A stretch of 36,626 nt of DNA from Nostoc sp. DedSLP01 (GCA_034530875.2 JAVRCJ020000057.1:1-36626); one strand, 5' to 3'. Positions 1 to 10,775 are shown, counted from the first letter of the stretch. Numbers and translations are program-made. The notes: generated by a model not told the origin, from the sequence alone.

Positions 1-73
1 CTGAACGATTCACTGTTGACCAAATTCATACATAGCAAGCTTTTTGCACCTTCCTATCCGTCGAACTCACGTT
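1..73. mobile_element. End of an IS/MITE-like element (terminus ...CCGTCGAACTCACGTT) running off the left edge
   Basis: TCGAACTCACGTT at 61-73 matches the right terminus of the TIR-bounded element at 30571-30714. A protein-like frame starts abruptly just after it. Confidence 0.6.
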
Positions 74-302
74 AACTAGAGGATTTACCCAATTAGCAAC
101 AGAATTAATTGCCCTCTCCCAAATTGAAGAACAACAGTTTCAATATGGAGCAGTGACAATTGGTGATGTGTGGAGATTTGGATTGCTAGATGTGAAAGCA
201 CAGCAAATCAGTGAAGATATCACCATTTACTCACTACCTGACGATCTAGAAGCATTAGTTAGGGTTTTAGTGGGAATTATAGAAAATGATTCTGTAAAAT
301 GA
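72..302 (+). pseudogene. 3' part of a cyanobacterial hypothetical gene interrupted by the element
   Basis: Frame 3 reads LTRGFTQLATELIALSQIEEQQFQYGAVTIGDVWRFGLLD...ENDSVK*. There is no start codon upstream of 72 and an in-frame TAG lies at 33-35. Confidence 0.65.
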
Positions 303-318
303 AAAATTAGAGCTTATG

Positions 319-358
319 AAGCCGCTCACTTTTTAAATGTGGGGTATGCGGTTTTTTT
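319..358 (+). terminator. Possible intrinsic terminator
   Basis: Imperfect AAGCCGC...GCGGTTT stem followed by a T-run just after the stop at 302. Confidence 0.4.
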
Positions 359-386
359 ATTATTAATTATTTTCTAGTGTCGCTAA

Positions 387-567
387 CGGGACTTAAACAT
401 TTTTGAGGAAGAAATAAGCCTCAAACCTTTGTGGAGTAAGGTAAATACACCAAATGCCCAAAAACGCCTGAAACCCAGATATACCAACAAACCAAGCAAA
501 ACGATGTCAAAGTCCCTTGGGATATACGTTTGGGGCTATTTTATCGGCGTTTTTTGCCTAAGTCCCA
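387..567. mobile_element. 181-bp MITE, IS701-like ends
   Basis: TIRs GGGACTTAAACA (388-399) and TGCCTAAGTCCC (555-566). CTAA is duplicated at 383-386 and 568-571, fitting the YTAR target rule of IS701. Confidence 0.75.
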
Positions 568-585
568 CTAATCCTCATTAAAAGC

Positions 586-631
586 AAAAATAGCTAATTG
601 CTAGTTTGAAATCTACCAGCAATTAGCTATT
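586..631 (-). terminator. Terminator of the atp operon
   Basis: 14-bp stem AATAGCTAATTGCT/AGCAATTAGCTATT, then a T-run on the minus strand, 27 bp after the gamma stop. Confidence 0.7.
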
Positions 632-657
632 AGTTATAGTTAGCAATTGACTTATTC

Positions 658-1605
658 CTAAGTTAATGCTTCGGCACCACCCACAACCTCAAGCAGTTCT
701 TGGGTAATTGCCGCTTGTCGGGCTTTGTTGTAAGACAGGGTAAGAGTGTTAATCAATTCACCAGCGTTGTCACTAGCATTACTCATCGCTGTCATCCGGG
801 CTGCTAATTCGCTAGCGGCGGATTCTTGCAGCGCCCGTAATAGCTGGTTACTCAGATACAGGGGCAACAATGAATCGAGAATCTGTAGCGGATCTTGCTC
901 GAAAATCATGTCAGCAGCTAACGGCCGCACTTGCTTGGTGACTTTCTCACGTTCGACTTGAAATTGACCGCCACGGGTTGTCAAGCGGAAGATTTCGTCA
1001 TCGCCTGTTTCTAGACCTTGGGCATCTAGGGGTAATAGAGTTTGCACCACAGGACGAGAGCTAACCAAAGACACAAATCTGGTATAGATTAATTCAACCC
1101 GGTCTACTTCTTCCGAAAGGAACAAGGAAAGTAGCTCATCGGCAATTTCAGTGGCTTCGGCTGCGGTGGGGATTTGCTCTAAGCCGCTGTATGTGCGATC
1201 GATGGGTTGACTGCGGCGTTGAAAGTACTGTGCAGCTTTGCGGCCGACAATCACAAATTGATAGTCTACACCTTCTGCCTTGAGTTCCTTGGCGCGGTTT
1301 TCCGCACGACGAATAACGTTAGTGTTGTAGCCGCCGCACAGACCTCGATCGCCAGAGACGACCAAAAGTGCCACGGACTTAACTTGACGTTTTCTCAACA
1401 GTGGCAAGTTGGCTTCTTCAAACCGCAGACGGGTTTGCAAACCATACAATACTTGTGCCAAGCGATCGGCAAAGGGGCGAGTTGCTAGCACTTGTTCTTG
1501 CGCCCGGCGCACTCTCGCCGCCGCAACTAGGCGCATGGCTTCTGTAATTTTTTTGGTGTTTTTGACCGACTGAATGCGATCGCGTATTGCTTTAAGATTG
1601 GCCAT
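658..1605 (-). CDS. atpG: ATP synthase F1 gamma subunit (atpC in cyanobacterial naming)
   Basis: [49 protein letters not shown]. Confidence 0.99.
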   Translation of the reverse strand: MANLKAIRDRIQSVKNTKKITEAMRLVAAARVRRAQEQVLATRPFADRLAQVLYGLQTRLRFEEANLPLLRKRQVKSVALLVVSGDRGLCGGYNTNVIRRAENRAKELKAEGVDYQFVIVGRKAAQYFQRRSQPIDRTYSGLEQIPTAAEATEIADELLSLFLSEEVDRVELIYTRFVSLVSSRPVVQTLLPLDAQGLETGDDEIFRLTTRGGQFQVEREKVTKQVRPLAADMIFEQDPLQILDSLLPLYLSNQLLRALQESAASELAARMTAMSNASDNAGELINTLTLSYNKARQAAITQELLEVVGGAEALT

Positions 1606-1610
1606 GTTCT

Positions 1611-1696
1611 GATTTTAGATTTTAGATTTTAGATTTTAGATTTGGAATTTCGGATTTTAGATTTAATCCAAAATCGAAAATCCAAAATCTAAAATT
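1611..1696. repeat. Heptamer (GATTTTA)n STRR-type array followed by an inverted array; forms a hairpin
   Basis: About 8 GATTTTA-like units then about 4 AAAATCY-like units fill the alpha-gamma spacer. Confidence 0.9.
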
Positions 1697-1697
1697 G

Positions 1698-3218
1698 TTA
1701 TGCTGTTGCTTTGAAGGTCTTCTTGTATTCGGTAAGTGCTTCCTTCAAGGCAGCTTCTTCTGTGTCACCTAATGTTTTGGAGCCTTGCACTCCTTGGACG
1801 TACTGGGGTTTCCCTGTCTTTAAGTATTCCCGCAGACCTTGAGTAAAGACAGTGACTTTATCTACTGGCACATCATCTAAGTAACCGTTAATACCAGCAT
1901 ACAGAATTGCTACTTGCTCGTATACCGATAGAGGAGCGTTTTGGGGTTGCTTGAGCAATTCCCGCAAGCGTTGACCCCGTGCCAACTGGTCTTGGGTGGC
2001 TTTATCTAAGTCCGAAGCAAATTGCGCGAAGGCTTGCAGGTCGTCAAATTGCGCCAGTTCCAATTTAATTTTACCGGCAACTTTTTTCATTGCCTTGGTT
2101 TGAGCCGCAGAACCTACGCGGGATACGGAAATACCAGGGTTTACAGCGGGACGGATACCAGCGTTGAACAAGTCAGAAGACAAGAAAATCTGACCGTCGG
2201 TAATAGAAATTACGTTGGTGGGGATGTACGCCGAAACGTCACCAGCTTGGGTTTCGATGATTGGTAGGGCGGTCATGCTGCCTTTGCCTAATTCATCGCT
2301 GAGCTTGGCTGCCCGTTCTAGCAAACGGGAGTGGATGTAGAATACATCACCAGGGTAAGCTTCCCGTCCGGGCGGACGACGTAGCAGCAAGGACATTTGC
2401 CGATAGGCTTGGGCTTGCTTGGAGAGGTCATCGTAAACTACTAGGGTAGCTTTGCCTTTGTACATGAAGTACTCAGCGATGGTTGCGCCTGTGTAGGGAG
2501 CTAGATATTGTAAGGTGGCTGGGTCACTGGCGTTAGCGGCGACGACGACGGTGTAATCCATCGCGCCTTTTTCTTGCAGTGTCTGTACCACGTTAGCTAC
2601 GGTGGAAGCTTTTTGACCGACTGCAACGTAGACACAGATTACATCTTCTTCTTTTTGGTTGATGATTGTGTCAATGGCGATCGCAGTTTTACCAGTTTGA
2701 CGGTCGCCAATAATCAATTCCCGCTGACCCCGACCGATGGGAATCATGGAGTCGATAGCTGTGATACCCGTTTGCATGGGTTCGTGTACAGACCGACGGG
2801 CAATGATACCGGGTGCTGGAGATTCAATCAAACGGCTTTCTGAGGTTTTGATGTCTCCCTTACCATCGATGGGACGACCCAAAGCATCCACAACGCGACC
2901 AATTAAACCTTCACCCACGGGTATCTGAGCAATTCTACCAGTGGCGGTTACAGAGCTACCTTCTTGAATCTCTAGCCCTTCACCCATCAGTACCGCGCCC
3001 ACGTTGTCTTCTTCTAAGTTTTGGGCGATACCAACTGTACCATCTTCAAATTCCAAAAGTTCCCCAGCCATAGCCTTTTCCAGACCATAGATCCGGGCAA
3101 TACCGTCACCCACTTGCAGGACAGTACCGACGTTAGCAACTTTAACCTCTTGGTCGTATTGCTCGATTTGCTGTTGGATAATACTGCTGATTTCGTCTGG
3201 TCTAATTGATATGCTCAT
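1698..3218 (-). CDS. atpA: ATP synthase F1 alpha subunit
   Basis: Walker [24 protein letters not shown], 506 aa. Confidence 0.99.
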   Translation of the reverse strand: MSISIRPDEISSIIQQQIEQYDQEVKVANVGTVLQVGDGIARIYGLEKAMAGELLEFEDGTVGIAQNLEEDNVGAVLMGEGLEIQEGSSVTATGRIAQIPVGEGLIGRVVDALGRPIDGKGDIKTSESRLIESPAPGIIARRSVHEPMQTGITAIDSMIPIGRGQRELIIGDRQTGKTAIAIDTIINQKEEDVICVYVAVGQKASTVANVVQTLQEKGAMDYTVVVAANASDPATLQYLAPYTGATIAEYFMYKGKATLVVYDDLSKQAQAYRQMSLLLRRPPGREAYPGDVFYIHSRLLERAAKLSDELGKGSMTALPIIETQAGDVSAYIPTNVISITDGQIFLSSDLFNAGIRPAVNPGISVSRVGSAAQTKAMKKVAGKIKLELAQFDDLQAFAQFASDLDKATQDQLARGQRLRELLKQPQNAPLSVYEQVAILYAGINGYLDDVPVDKVTVFTQGLREYLKTGKPQYVQGVQGSKTLGDTEEAALKEALTEYKKTFKATA

Positions 3219-3301
3219 GTGTCTATCTTTTTTGCTTTCGAGACTGAATTCAGTGCTGAGCGATGAGAGACGCGATTAATCGCGTACAAGAGTGCTTTGA
3301 C

Positions 3302-3366
3302 AATTTTAGATTTTTAATTTTGGATTTACGGAGAAATCTAAAATCTAAAATCTAAAATCCAAAATT
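3302..3366. repeat. Inverted heptamer array of the same AAAATCT family
   Basis: AATTTTAGATTTT... then (AAAATCT)n in the delta-alpha spacer. A perfect palindrome ACGCGATTAATCGCGT lies at 3270-3285. Confidence 0.85.
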
Positions 3367-3371
3367 CATTT

Positions 3372-3926
3372 CTAGCCACTAGTTAAGCGCAATGAAAGAC
3401 GGCGCAGCTGACCCCGGATACTGGCGTCAATAACTTGAGAGCCGACTTTAATAATCACACCACCAATTAATTCGCCGTCTACTCTGGTTTCGAGTTCGAC
3501 TTGACGAGCATTGGTGATGGCAATCACTTTTTCTGTAATTGCTTGCTGTTGAGCTTCTGTGAGGGGAACGGCTGAAGTTACTTCCGCTAATACGGTTTGG
3601 TTCAGCTGGCGCAACAGCGCTAGATATTGCTGTAAAATCGGTTCCAAGAAGGCAATGCGCCGCTTATCTACCAGTACCAGCAAGAAATTGCGTAAGTAGG
3701 GATTAGCGCCTTCACCAACTACTTGTTTGATGAGAGATTTTTTGTTCTCAGGCTGAATAAATGGGTTGCCCAGGAAGTTTTGTAGCTCTTTATTTGCTGA
3801 GAGCAGACCGAGGAGAGTACGCGCATCTTCTCCGAACTCTTCTGTCAAATTTTTCGATTGCGCTATTGACAAAAGTGCCTGTGCATACGGCTGAGCTATT
3901 TCGACGAATGCAACTTGACTGGTCAT
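3372..3926 (-). CDS. atpH: ATP synthase F1 delta subunit (cyanobacterial atpD)
   Basis: [26 protein letters not shown]; its start overlaps the b-subunit stop. Confidence 0.98.
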   Translation of the reverse strand: MTSQVAFVEIAQPYAQALLSIAQSKNLTEEFGEDARTLLGLLSANKELQNFLGNPFIQPENKKSLIKQVVGEGANPYLRNFLLVLVDKRRIAFLEPILQQYLALLRQLNQTVLAEVTSAVPLTEAQQQAITEKVIAITNARQVELETRVDGELIGGVIIKVGSQVIDASIRGQLRRLSLRLTSG

Positions 3927-4495
3927 GCTCTGCCTCCCAATTGTGCGATGCTGCGGTCAATTAAACTTTGTTGAGCATCGTCAGCAATTCCGCCTTTGAG
4001 TTGCGACTCGACTCTTTGTAATGCTAGTGTAGCTACCCTCTGCCGCAGTTGGGCGATCGCTCGATCTCGTTCGGTGTTTAAATCTGCTGCTGCTGTTTGT
4101 TTCAAGCGTTCTACGTCTTGTGCCGCCTTCGTCAATAAAGCTTCTTTCGCTTTTTGGGCGTTTTCTTCAGCAGATTTGCGGATGCGTTGTGCCTCTGCTT
4201 GAGCTTGCGTCAACTGCTCTTGGGCTTGGGATAGGGCAACCTTTGCCTCTTTTAAGCGCCCTTCTGCTTCCTGAATGGCGGTGGCAATATTGGATTGTCG
4301 CTCGTTCAGGATATTGCTTAAAACTTTACGTCCGAAGTAGAATAATATGCCAATCAGAATCGCTAGATTGATCAGATTGGTTTCTAATATGTCTAAGTTT
4401 AGACCGAAACCACCTTCTGCTGCGCCTTCTGCCAATTCAGAGCCAACAGCGTTCGCTTCTGCGGCAAGTAATAAGAATGTGCCCATGATACCCAT
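3923..4495 (-). CDS. atpF: ATP synthase Fo b subunit
   Basis: [19 protein letters not shown], one TM helix then coiled coil. Confidence 0.97.
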   Translation of the reverse strand: MGIMGTFLLLAAEANAVGSELAEGAAEGGFGLNLDILETNLINLAILIGILFYFGRKVLSNILNERQSNIATAIQEAEGRLKEAKVALSQAQEQLTQAQAEAQRIRKSAEENAQKAKEALLTKAAQDVERLKQTAAADLNTERDRAIAQLRQRVATLALQRVESQLKGGIADDAQQSLIDRSIAQLGGRA

Positions 4496-4654
4496 CTACA
4501 AGTGCGCTGCTTGCTAGTAAGTTCGTGTTTTCCTTATGGAAATCAAATATCTTTCATCCCGAAGGAAAAAAGTGCCTTTTTTTGACACTCAATTTTGCGC
4601 TCTGGAACTAATGCCCATCTGCGCATATCCTTACACAGGACTAGTCCTGCAAGG

Positions 4655-5086
4655 TTATCTAACTACAGGTTGTCCCAATAGTTTTTCTAGAATTTGTCTG
4701 CTTAGAGAATCAACTTGTTGCTCTAAGGTTCGCAAAGCTTCCTGCTTTTGTTGTTCTATTTCAATAGCAGCTTGTTCTCGTTGAGACTGAGCTTCTTTTT
4801 GCGCCTCAGCGATTTTTTGGGCAGTAATTTTCTTAGCTTCTACTTGAGCTGTTTCTACAACAGCTTGCGATTGTCTGCGAGCATCTGCGAGCTGCTGCTC
4901 GTATTCTGCGGCCAAACGCTCAGCTTTAGCCAAGCTTTCCTTTGCCTCAAGGGTATTCGTCCGGATGTAATTATCGCGATCGTCTAGTACCTTGGTCAGT
5001 GGCTTATAGAAAATTACATTCAACAAAGCTGCCAATAGCAGGAACTGCAATGCCATGAAGGGCAAGGTAGCATCGAAATCAAACAT
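4655..5086 (-). CDS. atpF2: ATP synthase Fo b' subunit (cyanobacterial atpG)
   Basis: [15 protein letters not shown]...YKPL. The start was moved to ATG 5086 because GAGGAG lies just upstream. Confidence 0.95.
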   Translation of the reverse strand: MFDFDATLPFMALQFLLLAALLNVIFYKPLTKVLDDRDNYIRTNTLEAKESLAKAERLAAEYEQQLADARRQSQAVVETAQVEAKKITAQKIAEAQKEAQSQREQAAIEIEQQKQEALRTLEQQVDSLSRQILEKLLGQPVVR

Positions 5087-5210
5087 TTCTCTCCTCTTTG
5101 GCTGGAGTAGCAATTTTCATGGCCAGCAAAATCATCCAACCTTTGATATTTTTTTTCCAGACCCATAGCCAACAAGGGTCAATGAATAAATACCCAATAC
5201 CTCCTAGATT

Positions 5211-5238
5211 GTAGAGGCGTGATGGTTCACGTCTCCAC
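5211..5238. repeat. GTAG-type REP-like palindrome downstream of the c-subunit gene
   Basis: GTAGAGGCGTGA...TCACGTCTCCAC, similar to 13691-13716. Confidence 0.6.
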
Positions 5239-5258
5239 ATTCATCAAACTTTGAGGTC

Positions 5259-5534
<276 letters not shown>

Positions 5535-5658
5535 CTAACAAAAGTAACTTAACGATTAGAAACGTGGTTTCCACGCTGCACCGGGTTCTCACTAATCGCG
5601 CTTTGCGATGTTTTGAGCGCATACCGCTCTTGGAACTGTGCTATCAACTGAGAAGCTT

Positions 5659-5723
5659 AACAGTTATCAGTTATCAGTTGTCACTTGCGCCGCAAGCTTG
5701 ATAACTGTTAACTGTTGACTGAT
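5659..5723. repeat. Inverted heptamer array (CAGTTAT / ATAACTG family); forms a hairpin
   Basis: AACAGTTATCAGTTATCAGTT...GATAACTGTTAACTGTTGACTGAT directly after the a-subunit stop. Confidence 0.8.
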
Positions 5724-6485
5724 TTAATGCTCCTCATGCTCTTCTCCACCATGTCCCTCCATTGCCTCATGAATGTATGCCCCAGCTAGGGTAGCAAAAA
5801 CCAGGGCTTGGATGGCACTGGTAAATAAACCCAAGGCCATTACAGGCAGAGGTATGAATAGAGGAACTAGCAGAACCAGCACCGCTACTACCAATTCGTC
5901 CGCCAATATATTCCCGAATAGACGGAAGCTTAGGGAGAGGGGCTTAGTAAAATCTTCAAGAATGGCGATCGGCAACAGTACGGGTGTTGGCTCTATATAT
6001 TTCTTAAAGTAGCCCAGACCCCGCTTGCTAAAACCCGCGTAAAAGTACGCTAAGGATGTCAGCAGTGCCAATGCAACAGTCGTATTGATGTCATTGGTGG
6101 GAGCTGCCAATTCACCCGAAGGTAGCTTAATCAGCTTCCAGGGAATTAGCGCACCAGACCAGTTCGATACGAAAATAAACAAGAATAAAGTACCAATAAA
6201 TGGCACCCAAGGGCGGTACTCTTTCTCACCAAGTTGGTTTTTTGCCAGATCTCGAATAAACTCCAGGGCATATTCCATCAAGTTTTGGATGCCCTTGGGA
6301 ATTCTCTGGGCGTTGCGAGTAGCAGCTATTGAAGCCAATACTAATATGCTAATCACAAACCATGAGGTGAGAAAAACTTGCCCATGAATTTTAAGATTGC
6401 CCAACTGCCAGTAGAAATGATGACCTACTTCTAATTCGGCGAGGGGAAAAGAATTAAAGGCGTTTAAGACACTAAGCATTTGCAT
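5724..6485 (-). CDS. atpB: ATP synthase Fo a subunit (cyanobacterial atpI)
   Basis: [26 protein letters not shown]. Confidence 0.99.
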   Translation of the reverse strand: MQMLSVLNAFNSFPLAELEVGHHFYWQLGNLKIHGQVFLTSWFVISILVLASIAATRNAQRIPKGIQNLMEYALEFIRDLAKNQLGEKEYRPWVPFIGTLFLFIFVSNWSGALIPWKLIKLPSGELAAPTNDINTTVALALLTSLAYFYAGFSKRGLGYFKKYIEPTPVLLPIAILEDFTKPLSLSFRLFGNILADELVVAVLVLLVPLFIPLPVMALGLFTSAIQALVFATLAGAYIHEAMEGHGGEEHEEH

Positions 6486-6542
6486 TCTTCAACATTTCCC
6501 CAACGAGCGAGGATGGGAGTATTCTTTAGTGAGCCTGAGTGT

Positions 6543-6989
6543 TTAAGAATCAGGAATGAACGCAGTTTGCACCGTATAGACGAGGAGCGTGGCTTTGTAA
6601 GTGAGAAATCCCAAAAATATGGGCAAAATCTTCAGATCGTGCCATTGAGTTGCCAATACAAACACCCCAATAAACACAGCAAAACGAGTTTTGCTCAGAC
6701 GCCTTTTCTCACCACCGAGTCGCTCAACATCTTTAGCCAGCATTTTTAAGTAAACCACACCTGTACACGCTCCAATTAAATAATTGAGAGCGATGTTTAA
6801 GGAATAAAAAATCCACACAGAGATAAAAATAATCCCCGTCAAGACAAGTGTGATTACTAATAGCTTCTGGTAGAGTTGGAAGAACTCTCCCATAGAGTTA
6901 TCTGATTCTGTTTGTGTGTTCTCAGAATCAGTTTTAGCATCTTGTCGTGTCGTTGGAGTTGGTGCAATCGGTTCTTCTGACAAGCTCAC
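6543..6989 (-). CDS. atp1: ATP synthase protein I (Atp1/UncI)
   Basis: First gene of the operon with 4 hydrophobic segments and [15 protein letters not shown] start at 6989 is preferred over 7031. Confidence 0.9.
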   Translation of the reverse strand: MSLSEEPIAPTPTTRQDAKTDSENTQTESDNSMGEFFQLYQKLLVITLVLTGIIFISVWIFYSLNIALNYLIGACTGVVYLKMLAKDVERLGGEKRRLSKTRFAVFIGVFVLATQWHDLKILPIFLGFLTYKATLLVYTVQTAFIPDS

Positions 6990-7457
6990 GGGACTCGAAA
7001 TTAGTACAGTTAACGGATGATGACTGCACATTCAGTCAGCTGAATCATATCACGATCCGGTAACAATACTTTAGAAAAAAACAATTAACTTCTTGCGAAC
7101 ATGAAAAACTAAACAAATTCACGCCCTCTTGCAATAACAGCGCGTTTGATGATGAAATACGATAAAATTGGCAGTAATTAACAATTAATGCCAGTAAGGT
7201 TCCCAATTGTTGAAAATTTGCACTTTTTTAGTGAACGATCGCCCTCCAAGGTTTTTGTATTATTCAGCATCTTGGTGTTGAAACTAAGTCGGTGTTGAGG
7301 GGTAAAGACGCTGACTGCAAAGCAGAATTTGTAGAGTAGCGCCTTGTCGTTAGACATTCCACCATTGCTGAATTCCAAAAAATTCCAAGTTTTTCGGATT
7401 TGCAATACCCAGTTTTTAGGGCACTTTTCTAATCTACACCAGATTGGCGAAAAGTCG

Positions 7458-7477
7458 TGATGGGCGATCGCCCATCA
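7458..7477 (-). terminator. Hairpin after the methyltransferase gene
   Basis: Perfect palindrome TGATGGGCGATCGCCCATCA centred on a HIP1 site. Confidence 0.5.
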
Positions 7478-7492
7478 CCAAAAGTATAAATT

Positions 7493-8683
7493 TCATTGCG
7501 ATGCAGCTGGCGTCAATAAAATAACCTGCTGTTGCACAAGGTTTCTCACGCCATCTAATTCCAGTTCCCCACCTGCCAAAATCTCTGCCACAGTGGAATT
7601 AGCATCACATCTTTGCATAAATTCAAACTCTGGAACTGACAATTTCACAATCTGATAATCGTAATTAAAGAAAGATTGACTCGGAAATCCTTCGATACAA
7701 GGATTCAGTTCCGGAATTGCTGCCAAAAGTGCGTTATCGTCTGACCAGTCGGCTTTAACCAAGGGAGGACGACCGAGGAAGAATTCGTAATGGCTAACTT
7801 CTGGATCTAGTAATTCTATCAGCCGATAACGTTGGCGATCGCTTAATCCTTGTGCCCGTTCTATCAACTCTGGTGCTTTACCCAAAAGTCTCTCTAAATT
7901 CCAAAAACTCGGATTCGAGAAACCAATAAACTCCAATCCCGAAGCGTCGATTAATTCAAACAGCGTCTCGATGTTGTAGTCAATTTCCTGGGGATGAACG
8001 TACATATCAGCAAAGTGTTCGTCCTTGTGGTTTTCTAACGACCAACGCTGTTTTTCATACTTGACAATTCGATTATTTTCTGGTAGCGAGTTGAATATCT
8101 TTCGCCCGACTTGAACGCCATCGCGGTAGTCGCCGCGTTTATCACCTTGGAGAATGGCGATCGCTTTTTGCATGAGTTGAATTTCCCAGCGTCCCAACTC
8201 ACCGTAGACAAAAATGTGCATCAAGCCGCCTGGAGCTAACTTTTTCGCCAAGGCTTGAATACCAGCGATCGGGTCGGCGGTATGGTGCAAAACACCAACG
8301 CAGTTAATTAAATCAAACTCACCCGGTAACTGTTCGGCATCAAACAAGCTGAGGTGATGAAACTCAACGCGGTTAGCACCAGAACGCTGACAACGTTCTT
8401 TCGCTACATCCAAAGCACCGCTACTGAGGTCAATTCCCACAACAGCAGCCTGAGGATTGAGGTGAACCAAGTACTCTGTACTTACACCGGTACCGCAACC
8501 AGCATCTAAAATGCGAACATCTTGCTTTTGGGGTTTTTGACCTGTGCAAAAGTTATAAGCGGCTAGCCAATTCCAGCGCCAATTATAGCCTGGGGGTGGT
8601 TCGTCCAACAAAGCTTCTGGCGGAAATGGGTAGGTATTGTAGAGTTTGGCAACAGCAGCACTAACAGTTTGGGAATCCGACAT
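7493..8683 (-). CDS. Class I SAM-dependent methyltransferase
   Basis: Motif I ILDAGCGTG and FDLINCVGVLHH. Confidence 0.92.
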   Translation of the reverse strand: MSDSQTVSAAVAKLYNTYPFPPEALLDEPPPGYNWRWNWLAAYNFCTGQKPQKQDVRILDAGCGTGVSTEYLVHLNPQAAVVGIDLSSGALDVAKERCQRSGANRVEFHHLSLFDAEQLPGEFDLINCVGVLHHTADPIAGIQALAKKLAPGGLMHIFVYGELGRWEIQLMQKAIAILQGDKRGDYRDGVQVGRKIFNSLPENNRIVKYEKQRWSLENHKDEHFADMYVHPQEIDYNIETLFELIDASGLEFIGFSNPSFWNLERLLGKAPELIERAQGLSDRQRYRLIELLDPEVSHYEFFLGRPPLVKADWSDDNALLAAIPELNPCIEGFPSQSFFNYDYQIVKLSVPEFEFMQRCDANSTVAEILAGGELELDGVRNLVQQQVILLTPAASQ

Positions 8684-8726
8684 GATGAGGAATAACGCAG
8701 CAGTTTTGAGTTTAGCGGATGGTGGA
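8672..8726. repeat. 55-bp direct repeat, copy A (methyltransferase start + leader)
   Basis: 49/55 identical to 11295-11349 by manual alignment. Confidence 0.9.
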
Positions 8727-8765
8727 TGATTAGGGCAAAAATTACTCTTGCCTATTTTCTACTAC

Positions 8766-9095
8766 TTATCCAACAGCAAAATCAGTAAATTGGCGTTTAT
8801 AAGGAGCGTGAAATCCTAATACAATATCTTCTTTCGATACCCCAGCAGCGATTAATTCGTTAGCGATGCCGATTTCTGTACCATCTCTTTGTATCCAAAT
8901 TTTTTGGTCTTTAATATCAACATGAATGATGACTCCATAAATTCTCCGTTGTTCTTTCCAGCCAATATTTAAGACTTGATAATGATGGCGTTCTGCATCA
9001 AATAACAATTGAATCTCTGTGCCATTAGCCACGTCATTAGCGGAATGGTTACTTAAAATATCTTGAATAATTTGAGAGTAATTTATTCTTTCCAT
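8766..9095 (-). CDS. xisI: XisI family protein
   Basis: HHYQVLNIGW, HVDIKDQKIWIQRDGTEIGIA, DIVLGFH. Confidence 0.93.
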   Translation of the reverse strand: MERINYSQIIQDILSNHSANDVANGTEIQLLFDAERHHYQVLNIGWKEQRRIYGVIIHVDIKDQKIWIQRDGTEIGIANELIAAGVSKEDIVLGFHAPYKRQFTDFAVG

Positions 9096-9499
9096 AAAAC
9101 AATGTCCTGACTTAAGTAATTAAATATTAAAAGTTTAATTTGATATTCTTTTAAAGAATCTTGAATAAATTGACGTGAGAAAAAGTCTTGGTATGTATCT
9201 TGGCTAACAGCTAAATATAAAATGCGTTCTGGTTCTTCTTTTTTCAATGCTAGCCGATAATTCAGGGTTTGACCTAAAGCAAGATGAAATTCTGTTACTT
9301 CCGATGCACCTACAAAAGATTTAATTTCTACAGCTATTTTTTGACCTTGTTTTTGTGCTGCTAAGAGTCTTTCTGCTCCTAAATCTACAAAAAATTCAAT
9401 GTCATCAACTTTCAGATGCAGTGGATCGTGGGTAATCATCCAACCATCTTTTTCTAAAGCAATGCGGACAGATTGATGGAATATATCTTTAGATGGCAT
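9083..9499 (-). CDS. xisH: XisH family protein
   Basis: MPSKDIFHQSVRIALEKDGWMITHDP, DLGAE, IAVEIKSF. The likely start is 9499; the gene overlaps xisI. Confidence 0.93.
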   Translation of the reverse strand: MPSKDIFHQSVRIALEKDGWMITHDPLHLKVDDIEFFVDLGAERLLAAQKQGQKIAVEIKSFVGASEVTEFHLALGQTLNYRLALKKEEPERILYLAVSQDTYQDFFSRQFIQDSLKEYQIKLLIFNYLSQDIVLWKE

Positions 9500-9629
9500 A
9501 GGCAAATGTATAGGTATCATAGATTTTGGAAACAGCGGCGCTAACGGTTTGAGAGTCTGACATTTCAGGAGTAAAATTACAGCAATTATGAGTTTAGCGA
9601 ATACGGAACCTTCAGGTATACAGATAATT

Positions 9630-9658
9630 GCGTAGGCACAGCCCGTCGTAGACATCGC
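9630..9658. repeat. Short dispersed Nostocales-type repeat
   Basis: GCGTAGGCACAGCCCGTCGTAGACATCGC, a GC-rich island in an AT-rich spacer. Recognised from memory; single copy here. Confidence 0.5.
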
Positions 9659-9783
9659 CATTAGTCAATATATTTTAAGTAAGGAACTTCTTTCAGTAAA
9701 AACACTACTGTTTAAGTATTTATTAGCTAATAAAATTTAGTTTATGAAATTTGTATAATAATTTACTTAATCAGGAACATCGA

Positions 9784-10443
9784 ATGGCTGTAGGATTCCC
9801 TGAATTCGTTGAAAATCCAGAAAATCGTTGCCCTGTAATTCTCTTACTCGATACTTCTGGTTCTATGTCAGGTCAGCCTATCCAAGAGTTAAATCGAGGA
9901 CTTGCTGCTTTCAAAGAAGATGTAGTAAAAGATTCCCAAGCATCGCTGAGTGTGGAAGTGGCCATGATTACATTTGGCCCTATAGTTAAACTGATACAAG
10001 ACTTTGTAACGATTGACCAATTTACACCGCCTAAATTGGAAGCAAATGGTGGTACGCCAATGGGCGGGGCGATTGAGTATGCTTTGGATTTTCTAGAAAA
10101 CCGCAAACAGACTTATAAAGATAACGGTATTCTTTATTATCGCCCTTGGGTGTTTTTGATTACAGACGGAGCGCCCACTGACTCCTGGCAAGCAGCCGCG
10201 CAAAAGCTCAGAGAAGCAGAAGCACAAGGCCGACTGTCATTTTTTGCGGTTGGTGTAATTGGCGCTGATATGAATATCCTCAAGCAAATTTCTCCTCCTC
10301 AACGTCCACCAGTTACACTAAATGGCTTAGATTTTCGTGAGTTGTTTGTCTGGCTTTCTGCTTCGGTGAAACGGGTTTCTAGTGGCAAAGTAGGGCAAGC
10401 TGTAGCTTTACCGCCTATGGGATGGGGTCAAATTACTATTTAG
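9784..10443 (+). CDS. TerY/YegL-like vWA domain protein
   Basis: ENRCPVILLLDTSGSM (MIDAS), GGTPMG, YRPWVFLITDGAP. ATG 9784 follows a CAGGAA site. Confidence 0.9.
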   Translation: MAVGFPEFVENPENRCPVILLLDTSGSMSGQPIQELNRGLAAFKEDVVKDSQASLSVEVAMITFGPIVKLIQDFVTIDQFTPPKLEANGGTPMGGAIEYALDFLENRKQTYKDNGILYYRPWVFLITDGAPTDSWQAAAQKLREAEAQGRLSFFAVGVIGADMNILKQISPPQRPPVTLNGLDFRELFVWLSASVKRVSSGKVGQAVALPPMGWGQITI

Positions 10444-10453
10444 AGGAAATTTT

Positions 10454-10534
10454 GTGAATTGGAAATGGAAAGCTGTTGCGCGTTCCGCGATGGGAACGAG
10501 TCATCAAGACCAGGGAATAGGTTGTCAAGATTGA
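10454..10534 (+). pseudogene. N-terminal stub of a TerY-associated PP2C-like phosphatase (YegK-like)
   Basis: GAGGA RBS, then GTG-NWKWKAVARSAMGTSHQDQGIGCQD*. This matches the W..S..GxSH......CQD start of the family and stops after 26 codons. Confidence 0.75.
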
Positions 10535-10698
10535 CAATACCTACCACTACAACTACTTCCAATTCTGATATGAACGTTTTGGTATGGGTGGTTGTTGGGA
10601 TTGGATTATTTATATGTTTGGTTAATGGTTGGTCTACTATGTTTGCTTGCTTTTTTTTTATTTTGCTCTTTTTCAGTCCATATATCAGGGGTTCATGA
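10535..10698 (+). pseudogene. Orphan C-terminal membrane-protein fragment
   Basis: TIPTTTTTSNSD linker then two hydrophobic stretches to a stop, in a different frame from the PP2C stub. Confidence 0.4.
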
Positions 10699-10775
10699 GT
10701 GCGTTGCGTGACTAGTGGATGACTATTTTGAAATAAAGACAGATGGTCTGTATCTAATATCCAGATAATACTCAC
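10699..10775 (-). pseudogene. Truncated VapC/PIN toxin, N-terminus only
   Basis: MSIIWILDTDHLSLFQNSHPLVTQR, coupled by GTGA to the upstream gene. The rest of the ORF is antisense noise. Confidence 0.75.

Noticed and set aside
7178..7405. 75-aa ORF upstream of atp1
   Set aside because: No motif or clear RBS, and it lies in the likely promoter region.
9500..9661. N-terminal extension of XisH
   Set aside because: It runs through a dispersed repeat; the family start is MPSKD at 9499.
10459..10698. 79-aa ORF as a real gene
   Set aside because: Its 5' part is the wrong frame of the PP2C stub, so it looks like a deletion chimera.
10440..10775. 111-aa ORF as an intact toxin
   Set aside because: Only the first ~25 codons are PIN-like.
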